Source of the DNA: a virus
Taxonomy: Duplodnaviria > Caudoviricetes
IMG/VR virus record: IMGVR_UViG_3300020050_009209
DNA: 64,000 bases
Reading direction: 5' to 3' (one strand)
Shown here: positions 37,819-48,014 of the stretch, one piece after another
Numbering within the stretch: position 1 is the stretch's first letter
Layout: each line of letters begins with the position of its first letter
Notes under the pieces: model-generated
Databases searched by the model: none
Seen by the model: only the letters and a program-made list of their open reading frames with translations
What the model was told of the DNA's origin: nothing
Made by a program: the position numbers and the translations under genes

Positions 37819-38637
37819 GTGAAACCTTGCAAAAAATGTGGAGTAACTGATCGGAACAGTCAGGGTGGTTGTCGCCCTTGTGCGAAGATTTACCTACAGG
37901 CCTATTACCAATCCCATAAAAGTCAGGCTAAGACTAACTCTCGCAATCGTACGCAGGGATTAGCAGATGGGACGCTTAAACGTCCTTCGCACCCATGCAC
38001 TAAGTGTGGTAGTTCTGAGCGAGGTAAATACGGGCACTGTCTGCCTTGTGGTGCCGCTCGTAACTTGAAACGCTACCATGCCGACAAGCCGAAGGCGAAG
38101 GCATACAAGCACGCTCAATACTTGAGTAACAAGGATAAGGTGAATGCGGACAGTAAAGCTTGGGCCAAAGCTAACCCGGACAAGCGAGATGATGCTACTG
38201 AGAGAAGACGCTTGAAGAAGTATGGGCTTACAGTTGAGCAACATCAAGCACTTTTTGAGATACAGGGTGGTCTCTGCCTTATTTGTAATGAGTCGTTTGG
38301 GAAACGAGTTCACATCGATCACGACCATAGTACAGGTCGTGTTCGGGGACTTTTGTGCCACACCTGCAACGTAGGTCTAGGTCACTTTAAGGATAGCTCA
38401 GCACTTTTACGTAAGGCTGCCGAGTACCTTGAGGGCCACCAACCAACGGATTTCGTAGTGCCCAGTCCGGTCATCAAGGTTTTTCAGCCCAGTGATGGTC
38501 GATACAAGATCACAGATGCAGTGCGTTCTCAGATTAAGGTCTTGCGGGAGCAAGGCCTTAGTTTAGGGGTCATCGCAAAAACGGTTGAACTATCGCGGTC
38601 TACGGTTCAGGTCATTCTCAAAGAAGTGAGACACTAA
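37819..38637 (+). mobile_element. Endonuclease VII-family homing endonuclease with C-terminal HTH
   Basis: KYGLT...QGGLCLIC...HIDHDHSTGRVRGLLCHTCNVGLGHFKDS. Confidence 0.9.
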
Positions 38638-38638
38638 G

Positions 38639-39829
38639 GTGTATTATTGCTTAATTAGTTCTTTGAAGAGACGACTCATCCTAGAGCTTCAGGACAGTTT
38701 TGCGAAGCATCCTGTTTACAGTAAGATTGTAAACTACATACAGAATAAGTACGCGTTTGATGAGAGACCCCAATTCGGTATTGTAGTCAAGGGGTCCAAC
38801 ACCAATAAGGTGCAACTCTCAAGCGAGAACTTCATTGGGGTAGTTCAATCACATGTGATGCTCAGCTACATGGAGCAACCCTCCCATTTGCTAGAGTGGG
38901 TGAAAGAGGACTACTCCTACATACGTGAGAATGGGTTTACTACCCCACCTGGAGTCTACTACATCGAGTGTCTTACTGCCCCTACGATCCCTGGGGAGTT
39001 TGGTACGTTTGCAATCGACCCTCTACTAACCGCAACGGATGAGCCTCTGCTTGCCATCAAGTCGGGGGTGGAGACAGAGGCGATTCTCTCAAATCTACCT
39101 GTAAGTCAGACACTTAGAATCTGGGAGAATCGCAACCTCTTGCTGATTGAAGGTCGAGACTACACCGTCAATTACGATACAGGTAAGGTCAAGCTCCTCT
39201 CGATGTTCTACGAGGGCTCAACGCTTACCGCAGACTACCGGTATGTAGTCCCATCGATTGGACCTATTCAGTGGTCCTGGAACACGGCAGACTGGACGAC
39301 AATTCCAGGGGTTGTACTGGCCTTTGGTAAGCGAGGCAAGCCTGGGGATAAGATGGCCATTGTCGTGTATGCCGATCGAGTGGATACCGCTCAGGCATAC
39401 GGTGGGAGGTTTGACGTAAGCTTCGACCTCGATGTCATCGCTCAAGACCCCATCCAAATGGAAGAGATTGCAGATACCGTCACAATGACCTTGTGGGCAG
39501 ACAAGAGGTCCGTGTTGTCCTCAGAGGGGATTGAGTTGGTGGATGTCTCTATGGGCGGAGAAGCCGAGGAGACTTATGACGAGACGGGTGACCTCTACTT
39601 CTATACTGCGTCTATGTCTGTCCAGCTTCAAGCGGACTGGGAGGTCCATATCCCACTACCGTTTACGATTAGTAAGGTCGTAGCTGCCACTCGTCAGGCA
39701 GAGGCCTCCGTTACAGCAGATCGTCGTGGCGGGGCTTCGAGTCTCGTAGCGATGTCCCAAGGTGGCTTGTTCTTTGCCACTGTACCCGTCATCAAGGGTC
39801 GGAATAGCGACTACGAGAGAATCACCTAA
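38639..39829 (+). CDS. Putative tail completion/terminator protein
   Basis: FDVSFDLDVIAQD...YTASMSVQLQADW pattern; upstream of the sheath. Confidence 0.55.
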   Translation: MYYCLISSLKRRLILELQDSFAKHPVYSKIVNYIQNKYAFDERPQFGIVVKGSNTNKVQLSSENFIGVVQSHVMLSYMEQPSHLLEWVKEDYSYIRENGFTTPPGVYYIECLTAPTIPGEFGTFAIDPLLTATDEPLLAIKSGVETEAILSNLPVSQTLRIWENRNLLLIEGRDYTVNYDTGKVKLLSMFYEGSTLTADYRYVVPSIGPIQWSWNTADWTTIPGVVLAFGKRGKPGDKMAIVVYADRVDTAQAYGGRFDVSFDLDVIAQDPIQMEEIADTVTMTLWADKRSVLSSEGIELVDVSMGGEAEETYDETGDLYFYTASMSVQLQADWEVHIPLPFTISKVVAATRQAEASVTADRRGGASSLVAMSQGGLFFATVPVIKGRNSDYERIT

Positions 39830-39842
39830 GGAGAGAGATGTC

Positions 39843-40322
39843 ATGTCAAGTGCCGATATACGGATAGTTCATAATGTAGTAGCTAAACTACTACTACAGG
39901 ATGTGGACGCCATCATGGCAACGCTCAAAGAGAATCTCAAGAAGGCTGACGCGGAGCTTAAGAAAGTTGGCAAGAGTTTTGCCAACTCGATGAGTCAATT
40001 CTACAGCGCTCCTGCGATGAGCTTTAACCCCTCCCATGTTGAGTTGCCAATAACGAGACATCAACGGTATCTGGTGGATGTAACCACTAACGCCAAGAAT
40101 AAAGTCCTACTAACTCTTTACTCTTTACCCCCTGCGGTAAATAAACTTGTCGGAAATGCGATCACCAAGTACTTCGGTGACTTCAAGGCTATGCAGAAGA
40201 TGGATGGAGACGACTACGCAGACTTTGTTGCAGTTATAGCTAAAAAGATAGCAGGTTTGGCTGCGGTAGCTGAGAAGTTGACTCCTCAAATCGAAGCAAT
40301 CCTTAAGGCTAAGGCGAAGTGA
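39843..40322 (+). CDS. Hypothetical protein
   Basis: RBS AAGGAG; N-terminal IVHNVVAKLL. Confidence 0.55.
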   Translation: MSSADIRIVHNVVAKLLLQDVDAIMATLKENLKKADAELKKVGKSFANSMSQFYSAPAMSFNPSHVELPITRHQRYLVDVTTNAKNKVLLTLYSLPPAVNKLVGNAITKYFGDFKAMQKMDGDDYADFVAVIAKKIAGLAAVAEKLTPQIEAILKAKAK

Positions 40323-40353
40323 CAGTACCCCCAACAAGATAGATGAGTTAACT

Positions 40354-40791
40354 ATGCCAAAGTATTCGTTTGAGTGTCAAGTGTGCCAAACCAGGTTCGA
40401 CCGAACCCTAAAGATGGGGGAGTATCCTCTGTACGCTTGTCCAAGCTGTAGGGAGGATGCCCCACGAATCTTTACTGGGTTCGGTTTTGGGTTCGTGACC
40501 CCAGGAGCAAAGGCACCTGGGAACTCAGGAGTGCATGACCAAGATTACCCTTCTGCGGATAAGGCTGTAGGTCGAAGTGCCGAGGCTCGCTGGAGTGAGT
40601 ATCGAGAACGCGACAAGGTGAAGAAGCAGGTTCGAGAGACCTCCGGGTCTAGTGCTCTCTTGCGTTACGATGGAGATGGGTTCGTGGATTACGATGCTAT
40701 GACCGCCTCTAGTAAGAAGGGACGGGAGAAGGTCGTAGACTACGCTGTAGCTGTAGCTCAACAACCCCTTGTGGCTAAGCCAGGAGCCTAG
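40354..40791 (+). CDS. FmdB-like Zn-ribbon protein with C-terminal extension
   Basis: MPKYSFECQVC...CPSC...PRIF. Confidence 0.75.
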   Translation: MPKYSFECQVCQTRFDRTLKMGEYPLYACPSCREDAPRIFTGFGFGFVTPGAKAPGNSGVHDQDYPSADKAVGRSAEARWSEYRERDKVKKQVRETSGSSALLRYDGDGFVDYDAMTASSKKGREKVVDYAVAVAQQPLVAKPGA

Positions 40792-40979
40792 TGCGCCCAG
40801 AAGACTTGTACTCCTTGGTAGCGCAAGAGCGCCCAGACGAAGCTATCGATAGCCTTTGTGCGCAAGGTAAGTTTGTTGAGTGCCAGAGTCTACTTCGATC
40901 AATTGATCAGACTAAGCTAGATTCTAACCTGGTTGAAGCTGTTCGACTAGCTTGGGCATGGCTTCCGTCCGGAGACTAA
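40791..40979 (+). CDS. Hypothetical protein
   Basis: 62-aa ORF coupled to the previous stop. Confidence 0.4.
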   Translation: MRPEDLYSLVAQERPDEAIDSLCAQGKFVECQSLLRSIDQTKLDSNLVEAVRLAWAWLPSGD

Positions 40980-40991
40980 TAGTTCACTTGT
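40980..40991 (+). promoter_or_regulatory. Putative late promoter of the sheath gene (TAGTTCACTTGT)
   Basis: Recurring motif. Confidence 0.5.
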
Positions 40992-41075
40992 TAGACCGGT
41001 AGGGTGGTAGAGACGCACCCAAACTCAGACCCAGATCAAACTCCCCTTTACAGTGTTAGCTAACTAGGAGATTCC

Positions 41076-44000
41076 ATGAGCTTTGGTCCACTAGGCACTT
41101 ACGTCCCACCTGGCGTATACTCGCGTACTCTAACCGAGGCGACCTTAGCTTCATTGATCCCAGGGCTGCGAATTCCAATGTTGGTTGGAATTGGCCAGGA
41201 GGAGCTGGAGCAGTACGACCTAGAGTTGGTGCGAGGTTCCTCGTCCACGCTAGATCAGCAGATCCTTAACGAGGATATCTCTGCTCGTTGGGTTGTAGAC
41301 GACACCAACCCTCAGAACTTGGTTCTGGGGGCAAACAATGGTACCCGAACTAGATTTGTAGTTCGTAACTTCCCTATCGTTGATGGGCAGGGTATCGGTC
41401 GACCAAGCAACGATGCTAGGGCTGTCTCGGTCACCGTGAATGGTGTTCCCGTTGCGATTGGAGCGGTACGAGGTACAACTGGAGAGGTCATCCTTCAGGT
41501 CCCTCCTCAGCCAACCGATAACGTACGAGTCACTTACTTCTTCCACCGGGGCGACACGGCCTTCACGGATAATGTCTCGGACCAAGTAACGAGCACAACG
41601 GCAGAGATTGTGGCCTCTGGGTACGAGCCCTTTTCGATTACGGCTGGCACGAACAACCTCCTCAAAATCAAGGTTGACGGACTAGAGTCCACGATTGCCT
41701 TCACGGATGCCGCAGCTGCTACAGTGTCTTCGTTGAAGAATCAGATTGACGCTGCTGGTATCTCGGGGCTAAGCACCCTGGTGTTCCAGGCAAATGACGG
41801 CACGCTCCACCTCCAGATGAACTCTGCAATCTCAATCGAGATTATGGATGGCAATGCGAACGGGACGCTCGGTCTCTTTGCAGGGCAGAAGTCTACGAGA
41901 AACACTGCCTTCCGCGTCTACCAGAGGCCTATCGTAGATGGGTCTTCTGGGGGAATCACCACCACTGACCCCTCCAAGGTAGTGGTCATGGTGAATGGAT
42001 CTCAGGTAATCCCATCCTCGGTAGATGGGACAAACGGTATCGTGAATCTTAGCTCTCCGCCCTCTGTTGGGGCGATTGTAGAGATCACGTACTACTCGAA
42101 TACTTGGCAGGACACGTTCGACTACCTACCTAACACGCTGGTAACGAACATTGTCCGTTGTGGTATTAGCCCAAATCGTTCGGACTACATCCAGAACCAG
42201 GACTTCGTAGTTTCCAACCCAAGTCCTGACGTCTCTATCATCCACTGGGGTACGAGCTACAGTGTAGCTTCATCGCTCCGCACTCCAGGGGCAGAGCCGC
42301 TAGATGACTCTCAGATTATCCCCACGCTTGTGGACGATAAGCTGTGGTTGGTGGAGTGTGAGCGCTACGTCGACACCTCTGTTGTACCCTCCAAGGTGTC
42401 TACGACAGACTTCGTCCTCCCTGTATCCCCTACCACGGGTAACGGGCGTAACACTCCGCTGACTCAGACTCTGTTCAACACGGCTACGAATGCTCGTAAC
42501 GACCTCATCACCAATCGTCCAGACTTGGTGGTGATTCGTGTTGGTCGAAGCTTGCGAGATGCTTTGGGTCGTCCCGCAGCAAAGGTCCTTGTTCTTGACG
42601 GGTCCACTCGCAAGGTCACCCTAAAGGACCCTGTTCCGCCAGACTTCAAGGCGTACGCTACGTACCACTACAACCGTATTGCAGATGACACCTATGTCAT
42701 CACAAACAAGACCAGTGGTCCTGCGGGCTCGGGTCAGTTTGAGGTGCTCAGCGCACTCTACAACACCAATGTGATGCAGGTGCGCTTCGGGTCCAAGGGT
42801 GGCGGTTTGGTGGACACTGTACAGTGGCCACGAGGAGCTGAGCAGGTTCCTGATGCCTTCCACTACGGCAAGACTCCAACCTCTGAGACGGTCACCGTTA
42901 CCTTTGGTTCGAGTGTAGCTACCAATGCTCTGTACACGAACAAGGGAGCACAGCCCTTCTCGTTCTACAGCCCATCCTCTGCCACTTGGCGCACAGCCCT
43001 GAACGGGGCTCCAACGGTGGTTACCAACCTAGCGATTGCCACTCGTGGTTACCTTGTGTCCAAGGAAATCACCTTGGTCTCAGGTGGGTTTGCCATCACA
43101 GCCGCGAACCAACTGCTAGAGCTTACTGTAGACGGAGTTAACCTAACGGTTACCCTCCCAGTAGGCGTAGCGGTTACCCCAGCTGCAATTGCTACGGCTG
43201 TCAATGCTGTAGTCGATGCAAACGCTTCGTTCATTGGTACAGCTCCAAACAACTTGTTTACAGCTATCCCAGGGGCAAGCGGAGCTACGAATTACTTTGT
43301 TCTACGTAGCTACTCAACCCCAGCGGCTCTTCCAGGTGGGTTTGATCACAAGTCCTATGCAGCTATCCGTCAAGGTACAGCAGAGACTACGCTAGGTCTC
43401 ACGACCTTCCAGCGTGCTGACGGTACACCTACCGCAGTCAACAAGCCTGCTACCCTTCTGGGTACGACGGCTCAACCGTTCATCATCACGGCTGGAGTGA
43501 ACGACCTATTCAAGGTCCGCATCAATGGGATTGACTTCACGGTCACTCTCAGCTCCGCCTCGACCACCTCTGCTCAGATTGTCTCAAACCTCAACGCCAT
43601 CATTGCCTCCCAAGGTACTGCAAGTGTCGGGACGCTAGACAACCTGAACAAGATCCGAATCACTTCAAACGTGAACTCGGATCAATCCACCGTTCTTATT
43701 CTGAACGGCACTGCAAACGCAACCCTTGGGTTCACAGAGGGTACGTTCGCCAGTCAGGTTCGAGTCAGTGTCCAAGAAGTCTCCAACAGACTGATGGATA
43801 CTCCTAACTTTGCCGTATCTACCTGGAGCCCTCCTACTGCATTCGCAGGAGCTGTGGCTTACCCAGCAACGATCAACGGTTCAGTTTACCTGACCATTGC
43901 ATCGCTCATCACTGGACTAACCTCTTCGGTTGCTTTCGTTACCGGGGCGAACTCAGCGTTCAACACGTTGAGTGGTACTCAGATTACTCCAGGTACCGAT

Positions 44001-45365
44001 GGGGATAACGGTGAGGCTACTTACGACAACTTCGTCGTAACATCCTCGAACCCCGTAGGTTCGGCTGGCACAGGTATCCCAGGGCAGACCTACACAGACG
44101 CTAGGACTGGACTCCGGTTTACTGTTCTACCTTCTACCGATGGGTCGTATGCAACTGGTGGGTTCTTCACCCTTGAGGTTTCGCCAACCTGGAAGGTGAA
44201 CTCTTCGGTACCTTACCTATCGGTTCCAGGTTTGGAGCTAATCGTCACCAATACGGTGAACGTTGGGATCAACGACACGGCTCAACTTCAGACCTTCAAC
44301 CCAAGTGGCGTTGAACCAAAGAACGGGGACTTCTACTCCATTAGCTACCGCTTCTTGAAGCAGGACTACACGACTCGAATCTTCCGTCAATTCAAGACGA
44401 TCGAAGCCAACTATGGCCGACTCTCTGCGGAGAATCGAGTCACCTTGGCTGCCTACCTGTCTATCCTTAACGGGGCAGTCCTGGTAGGGGTCAAGCAAAT
44501 CGAGAAGGTTCCAAACACAACCCAGGCTAGTGACCAGTCGTTCATCACGGCTCTTCAGGCGCTTAGTAACCCACTACCTGGAAACATCAAGCCGGACATC
44601 ATGATCCCGCTTACGTCCTCCACGGCAGTGTTCTCGTACCTCACGCAACACTGTGAGGTGGCGAGTAACATCCGTAATCAATCGGAGCGTATGGGCTTCA
44701 TTGGGTTTGCCTCCGGGACAACTCCAACAAACGCTCAGACCATTGCCAAGGCGTTGGCAAGTCAACGTATCGTCGCCTTCTACCCAGACTCGGCAGTTAT
44801 CACTCTCTCGAACGAGTTGGGTGAGAACTTCGAGACCCTGGTAGACGGTACGAACTTCGCAGCTGCCTTCGCAGGAGCTGTTGTAAGTCCTTCGATTGAC
44901 GTAGCGACTCCATACAGCCACCGTAGGGTCCAAGGCTTCACTCGCATTCCTAGGATTATGGATGCAGTGGAGATGAACCAGACGGCAACCGCAGGTGTAA
45001 CTATCCTGGAGGACCTGGATCCAGTCATCCGAGTTCGTCACGGTCTTACCACCAACATGAACTCGGTCTTGACTCGCCTACCTACGGTGACTCAGATCGC
45101 AGACCATGTGTCGCAGAACTCTAGGTCGGTTCTTGATGCCTTCGTGGGTACCAAGTTCCTCTCTAGTCGGGTGAATGAGGTTGAGGTCTCTATGACCTCG
45201 CTGTTCAAGTCTCTTATCCAGCAAGAGATCGTTTCGGCCTTCACAGGGATTGCAGCGGCAATCGACACTGAGGACCCAACGGTACTTAGAGCAGAAGCCT
45301 ACTACCAACCTATATTTCCACTTTTGTACCTCATGCTCACATTCAACCTTAGGGCGAGGATCTGA
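41076..45365 (+). CDS. Tail sheath protein (1429 aa, with large insertion domains)
   Basis: YVPPGVYSRT N-terminus; C-terminal IRVRHGLTT...IADHV...FVGTK...YQPIFPLLYL.LTF; RBS AGGAG. Confidence 0.92.
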   Translation: MSFGPLGTYVPPGVYSRTLTEATLASLIPGLRIPMLVGIGQEELEQYDLELVRGSSSTLDQQILNEDISARWVVDDTNPQNLVLGANNGTRTRFVVRNFPIVDGQGIGRPSNDARAVSVTVNGVPVAIGAVRGTTGEVILQVPPQPTDNVRVTYFFHRGDTAFTDNVSDQVTSTTAEIVASGYEPFSITAGTNNLLKIKVDGLESTIAFTDAAAATVSSLKNQIDAAGISGLSTLVFQANDGTLHLQMNSAISIEIMDGNANGTLGLFAGQKSTRNTAFRVYQRPIVDGSSGGITTTDPSKVVVMVNGSQVIPSSVDGTNGIVNLSSPPSVGAIVEITYYSNTWQDTFDYLPNTLVTNIVRCGISPNRSDYIQNQDFVVSNPSPDVSIIHWGTSYSVASSLRTPGAEPLDDSQIIPTLVDDKLWLVECERYVDTSVVPSKVSTTDFVLPVSPTTGNGRNTPLTQTLFNTATNARNDLITNRPDLVVIRVGRSLRDALGRPAAKVLVLDGSTRKVTLKDPVPPDFKAYATYHYNRIADDTYVITNKTSGPAGSGQFEVLSALYNTNVMQVRFGSKGGGLVDTVQWPRGAEQVPDAFHYGKTPTSETVTVTFGSSVATNALYTNKGAQPFSFYSPSSATWRTALNGAPTVVTNLAIATRGYLVSKEITLVSGGFAITAANQLLELTVDGVNLTVTLPVGVAVTPAAIATAVNAVVDANASFIGTAPNNLFTAIPGASGATNYFVLRSYSTPAALPGGFDHKSYAAIRQGTAETTLGLTTFQRADGTPTAVNKPATLLGTTAQPFIITAGVNDLFKVRINGIDFTVTLSSASTTSAQIVSNLNAIIASQGTASVGTLDNLNKIRITSNVNSDQSTVLILNGTANATLGFTEGTFASQVRVSVQEVSNRLMDTPNFAVSTWSPPTAFAGAVAYPATINGSVYLTIASLITGLTSSVAFVTGANSAFNTLSGTQITPGTDGDNGEATYDNFVVTSSNPVGSAGTGIPGQTYTDARTGLRFTVLPSTDGSYATGGFFTLEVSPTWKVNSSVPYLSVPGLELIVTNTVNVGINDTAQLQTFNPSGVEPKNGDFYSISYRFLKQDYTTRIFRQFKTIEANYGRLSAENRVTLAAYLSILNGAVLVGVKQIEKVPNTTQASDQSFITALQALSNPLPGNIKPDIMIPLTSSTAVFSYLTQHCEVASNIRNQSERMGFIGFASGTTPTNAQTIAKALASQRIVAFYPDSAVITLSNELGENFETLVDGTNFAAAFAGAVVSPSIDVATPYSHRRVQGFTRIPRIMDAVEMNQTATAGVTILEDLDPVIRVRHGLTTNMNSVLTRLPTVTQIADHVSQNSRSVLDAFVGTKFLSSRVNEVEVSMTSLFKSLIQQEIVSAFTGIAAAIDTEDPTVLRAEAYYQPIFPLLYLMLTFNLRARI

Positions 45366-45399
45366 TTTACCCAGTAAATTCAGACACTTACCGGTAACA

Positions 45400-45432
45400 G
45401 AAGACCCAACTCCCAAAAAGAGTTGGGTCTTC
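45400..45432 (+). terminator. Hairpin after the sheath gene
   Basis: GAAGACCCAACTC-N7-GAGTTGGGTCTTC, preceded by a smaller hairpin at about 45361-45384. Confidence 0.7.
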
Positions 45433-45476
45433 ACTATTGTCTGGTCAAGTGAGTCCATCTGGTGTACTACTTAGGT

Positions 45477-47735
45477 GTGGTCGCCAAGTCCAGTACGAGT
45501 ACCCAGGAGATTCTAGACTCTTTTCACGAAGATCACCCGCTTAAGTGGGTGGCCGTAAAGTTTAGAATCAGTCCGAATCGCCTTCGTGATGCATGGAAGA
45601 CTCATTACGGGGAAGAGGCGTTTGAGGAGAGAGTAAGAAAGCATCAAAAAGGTGCTCCACTAGGGTCTGCTGACCTTGCCATCGAGGTGTTTAATACAGA
45701 TGAGCCCTTTAAGGCTCTGGCAAAACGCCTTGGTATGAGCCCAAATACTCTCCGAAAGATTTGGGTAGCTCGTTTTGGAGCCGAAGCATTTCATGCTAGG
45801 GGTAAAGCGTCCCAAGCAAAAGGAGCGGTATCCTACGGGGTTAGGTCGACCGGACTCGCAAAAAAGAAGAACTTTGTCTATGAGCCGTGTTCAGGGTGCA
45901 ACACCCTTGTGTCTCTCACTAAAGTGCAGCTTGCAGCCCTAACCAAAGTAGTTTGTGAGACTTGCCTAGGTATGGATTCCAAGTGCCCTGTCTGCGGTCT
46001 AGGCTGCATGGGGGTAAAGGGAATCGCTATGCACTTTGCACAGGTAAAGGACGAGGCTCACATTAACTACCAAGAAGAAAAGGAAGAAGCGAAGTGGTCT
46101 GGCCTAGTCGAAGACAGACATTATGTGACTTGCAAGGAGTGTGGGTTTCGAGGGGTGGCTCTAAATAACCACTTAAAACTCCATGGTTTAGATGCAAGCA
46201 GCTACCGAACAAAGTTTAATGGTGCGCTAGTAACTTCGTCCTTCTCTGAGGAGAAGAGACTGAAGTCCTTAATGCCATCCGCGAGTCGAAGAGCTTACCA
46301 TTGGAGCCCAGAAGTTCTGAGGCAGTTCACAGATGAGAAAGGTCGTGTAATCGTTGCTGAGGCAGCCTTGGCATTAGGGGCTTCCCCACTTACCGTACTC
46401 CAGTACTGTCGGTCTTTGGAGCTACCTACACGTAATAAGTTGGCTTGGCAGAGAGTTGTTTTGGATCAAGCCAGTAAGGCGTTTGAGGCACCTTATGTGT
46501 GGGAGTGGTCTGACCCCAGAATAGTCAACCCAAGTACTGGGAGAGTTCTCAACTTTGACGGATACTTCCCTAGCCTAAATCTTATAGTTGAGGCTCATGG
46601 TGACCAGCACTATAGGTATGCTGAGGCTTGGCATGGCTCTATGGAGAATTTTCATGAGTTACGGGAGAGGGACCTACTCAAAAAGCAACGAGCAGAGGAG
46701 CTTGGGTTTCGGGTTTTGGTGGTGCGCCCAGTTGACCCAACGCATAGTGTAACTTTCTGGAAGAGACTTAGTCCTGTAGACCCTGTTGTTTTGGCGAATC
46801 AAATTGACCAGGTTGTAACCACCTTACGTCAAGGGGTATTTCCTATGCCCAAACCCCTTGACGCTGAGCTTAAGAAAGCCTTGACTAGACTTCAGGGTAC
46901 AAGTGTGGTTGTAAACTCGGACCTCGTTATTTACCCTTACTCTGTAAGAGGTACCTCTGCTTGTGCCTCATTTTTTCCCGCTAGGTACCAAGCTAAACAC
47001 AAGGCCGTAGATAAGAGTGTATGGGAAGCCTGGCATGATGACGACCTACTCAGGAAAGCTATCAAGTTGCAGTTGGACTCCGGGCATCCTACGACCCCTG
47101 AGAGGGTCTTAAAAGCTCTTGTAATGTATCATCGAACCCCGTCTGTGTTTCGTCCTGCCGTAGCAAAGTACGTCTATCAAACTTACGGGAACAAAGGGGT
47201 AGTCTGGGACCCGTGTGCTGGGTATGGAGGTAGACTTCTAGGGGCTCTTGCTGCTGGAGTCTCTACTTACATCGGAACGGACATTGAACCAGCTACAGTT
47301 GAAGGTAATCTTGCTATCGCAAAACACTTGGGGGTAAGTGGTTCCTACAAGGTTGAGCTTCAGGCAGCCGAGGAATTCGACCCTGGAGTACCTCTCGACC
47401 TCGTGTTCACCTCTCCTCCCTACTTTGACCTGGAGACTTACGGTAAAGCTTCTTTAAGGGCTAGTGTTGGGTATGGCTCGCCTCAGGGTTGGGTAGAGAA
47501 CTTCCTTCGTCCAGTGATGACCAAAGCTATGGAACGTTTGAAGCCAGGAGGGCACCTTGTGTTGAATTTACCATATAAGCCTGTACTTGGGACTCGATTG
47601 GATGTAGAAGCTACCCGAGAGGCTAAGGTGCTTGGGTTGAGAGAGTTGCCAACACTTTGGATGCCTATTCGTACCTTCAAAGGTACGATGAAGGGCGAGC
47701 CCATACTAGTTTGGCAGAAAGAGCAAATCCCATGA
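45477..47735 (+). CDS. HTH/Zn-finger PD-(D/E)XK endonuclease - amino-DNA methyltransferase fusion
   Basis: Two HTH-like repeats (SPN.LR..W...G.EAF); CxxC fingers; LNFDGYFPSLNLIVEAHGDQH; VWDPCAGYGGR; FTSPPYFDLE; GGTGTA-N10-GTG start. Confidence 0.88.
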   Translation: MVAKSSTSTQEILDSFHEDHPLKWVAVKFRISPNRLRDAWKTHYGEEAFEERVRKHQKGAPLGSADLAIEVFNTDEPFKALAKRLGMSPNTLRKIWVARFGAEAFHARGKASQAKGAVSYGVRSTGLAKKKNFVYEPCSGCNTLVSLTKVQLAALTKVVCETCLGMDSKCPVCGLGCMGVKGIAMHFAQVKDEAHINYQEEKEEAKWSGLVEDRHYVTCKECGFRGVALNNHLKLHGLDASSYRTKFNGALVTSSFSEEKRLKSLMPSASRRAYHWSPEVLRQFTDEKGRVIVAEAALALGASPLTVLQYCRSLELPTRNKLAWQRVVLDQASKAFEAPYVWEWSDPRIVNPSTGRVLNFDGYFPSLNLIVEAHGDQHYRYAEAWHGSMENFHELRERDLLKKQRAEELGFRVLVVRPVDPTHSVTFWKRLSPVDPVVLANQIDQVVTTLRQGVFPMPKPLDAELKKALTRLQGTSVVVNSDLVIYPYSVRGTSACASFFPARYQAKHKAVDKSVWEAWHDDDLLRKAIKLQLDSGHPTTPERVLKALVMYHRTPSVFRPAVAKYVYQTYGNKGVVWDPCAGYGGRLLGALAAGVSTYIGTDIEPATVEGNLAIAKHLGVSGSYKVELQAAEEFDPGVPLDLVFTSPPYFDLETYGKASLRASVGYGSPQGWVENFLRPVMTKAMERLKPGGHLVLNLPYKPVLGTRLDVEATREAKVLGLRELPTLWMPIRTFKGTMKGEPILVWQKEQIP

Positions 47736-47947
47736 CCTATATCCTAGTAGCCAGTGAGTTTCGTACTCCCCACATCAAGGGGCAGTGGTTGGTGTTTGAG
47801 GTCAATGTAAACCAGGAGGCACGAGAAGTGGCCTCTTGTCTTAGCTTAGAGGCTGGGAAAGCGGTTATGGCCCTTCTAGGGGTGCCGTCCTCTACTCCAT
47901 ACCATGAAAGCCCCTGGGGTGTTCCTGAGTCTACGAACTTCGTGTAG
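47732..47947 (+). CDS. Hypothetical protein
   Basis: ATGA overlap with the previous gene. Confidence 0.45.
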   Translation: MTYILVASEFRTPHIKGQWLVFEVNVNQEAREVASCLSLEAGKAVMALLGVPSSTPYHESPWGVPESTNFV

Positions 47948-48014
47948 CTCGTAACTGAGGTTCTTTCTATGTCCCTATCTTAGGTAGGGTCTTTCAAGCT
48001 CACTAAGGTAGCCC

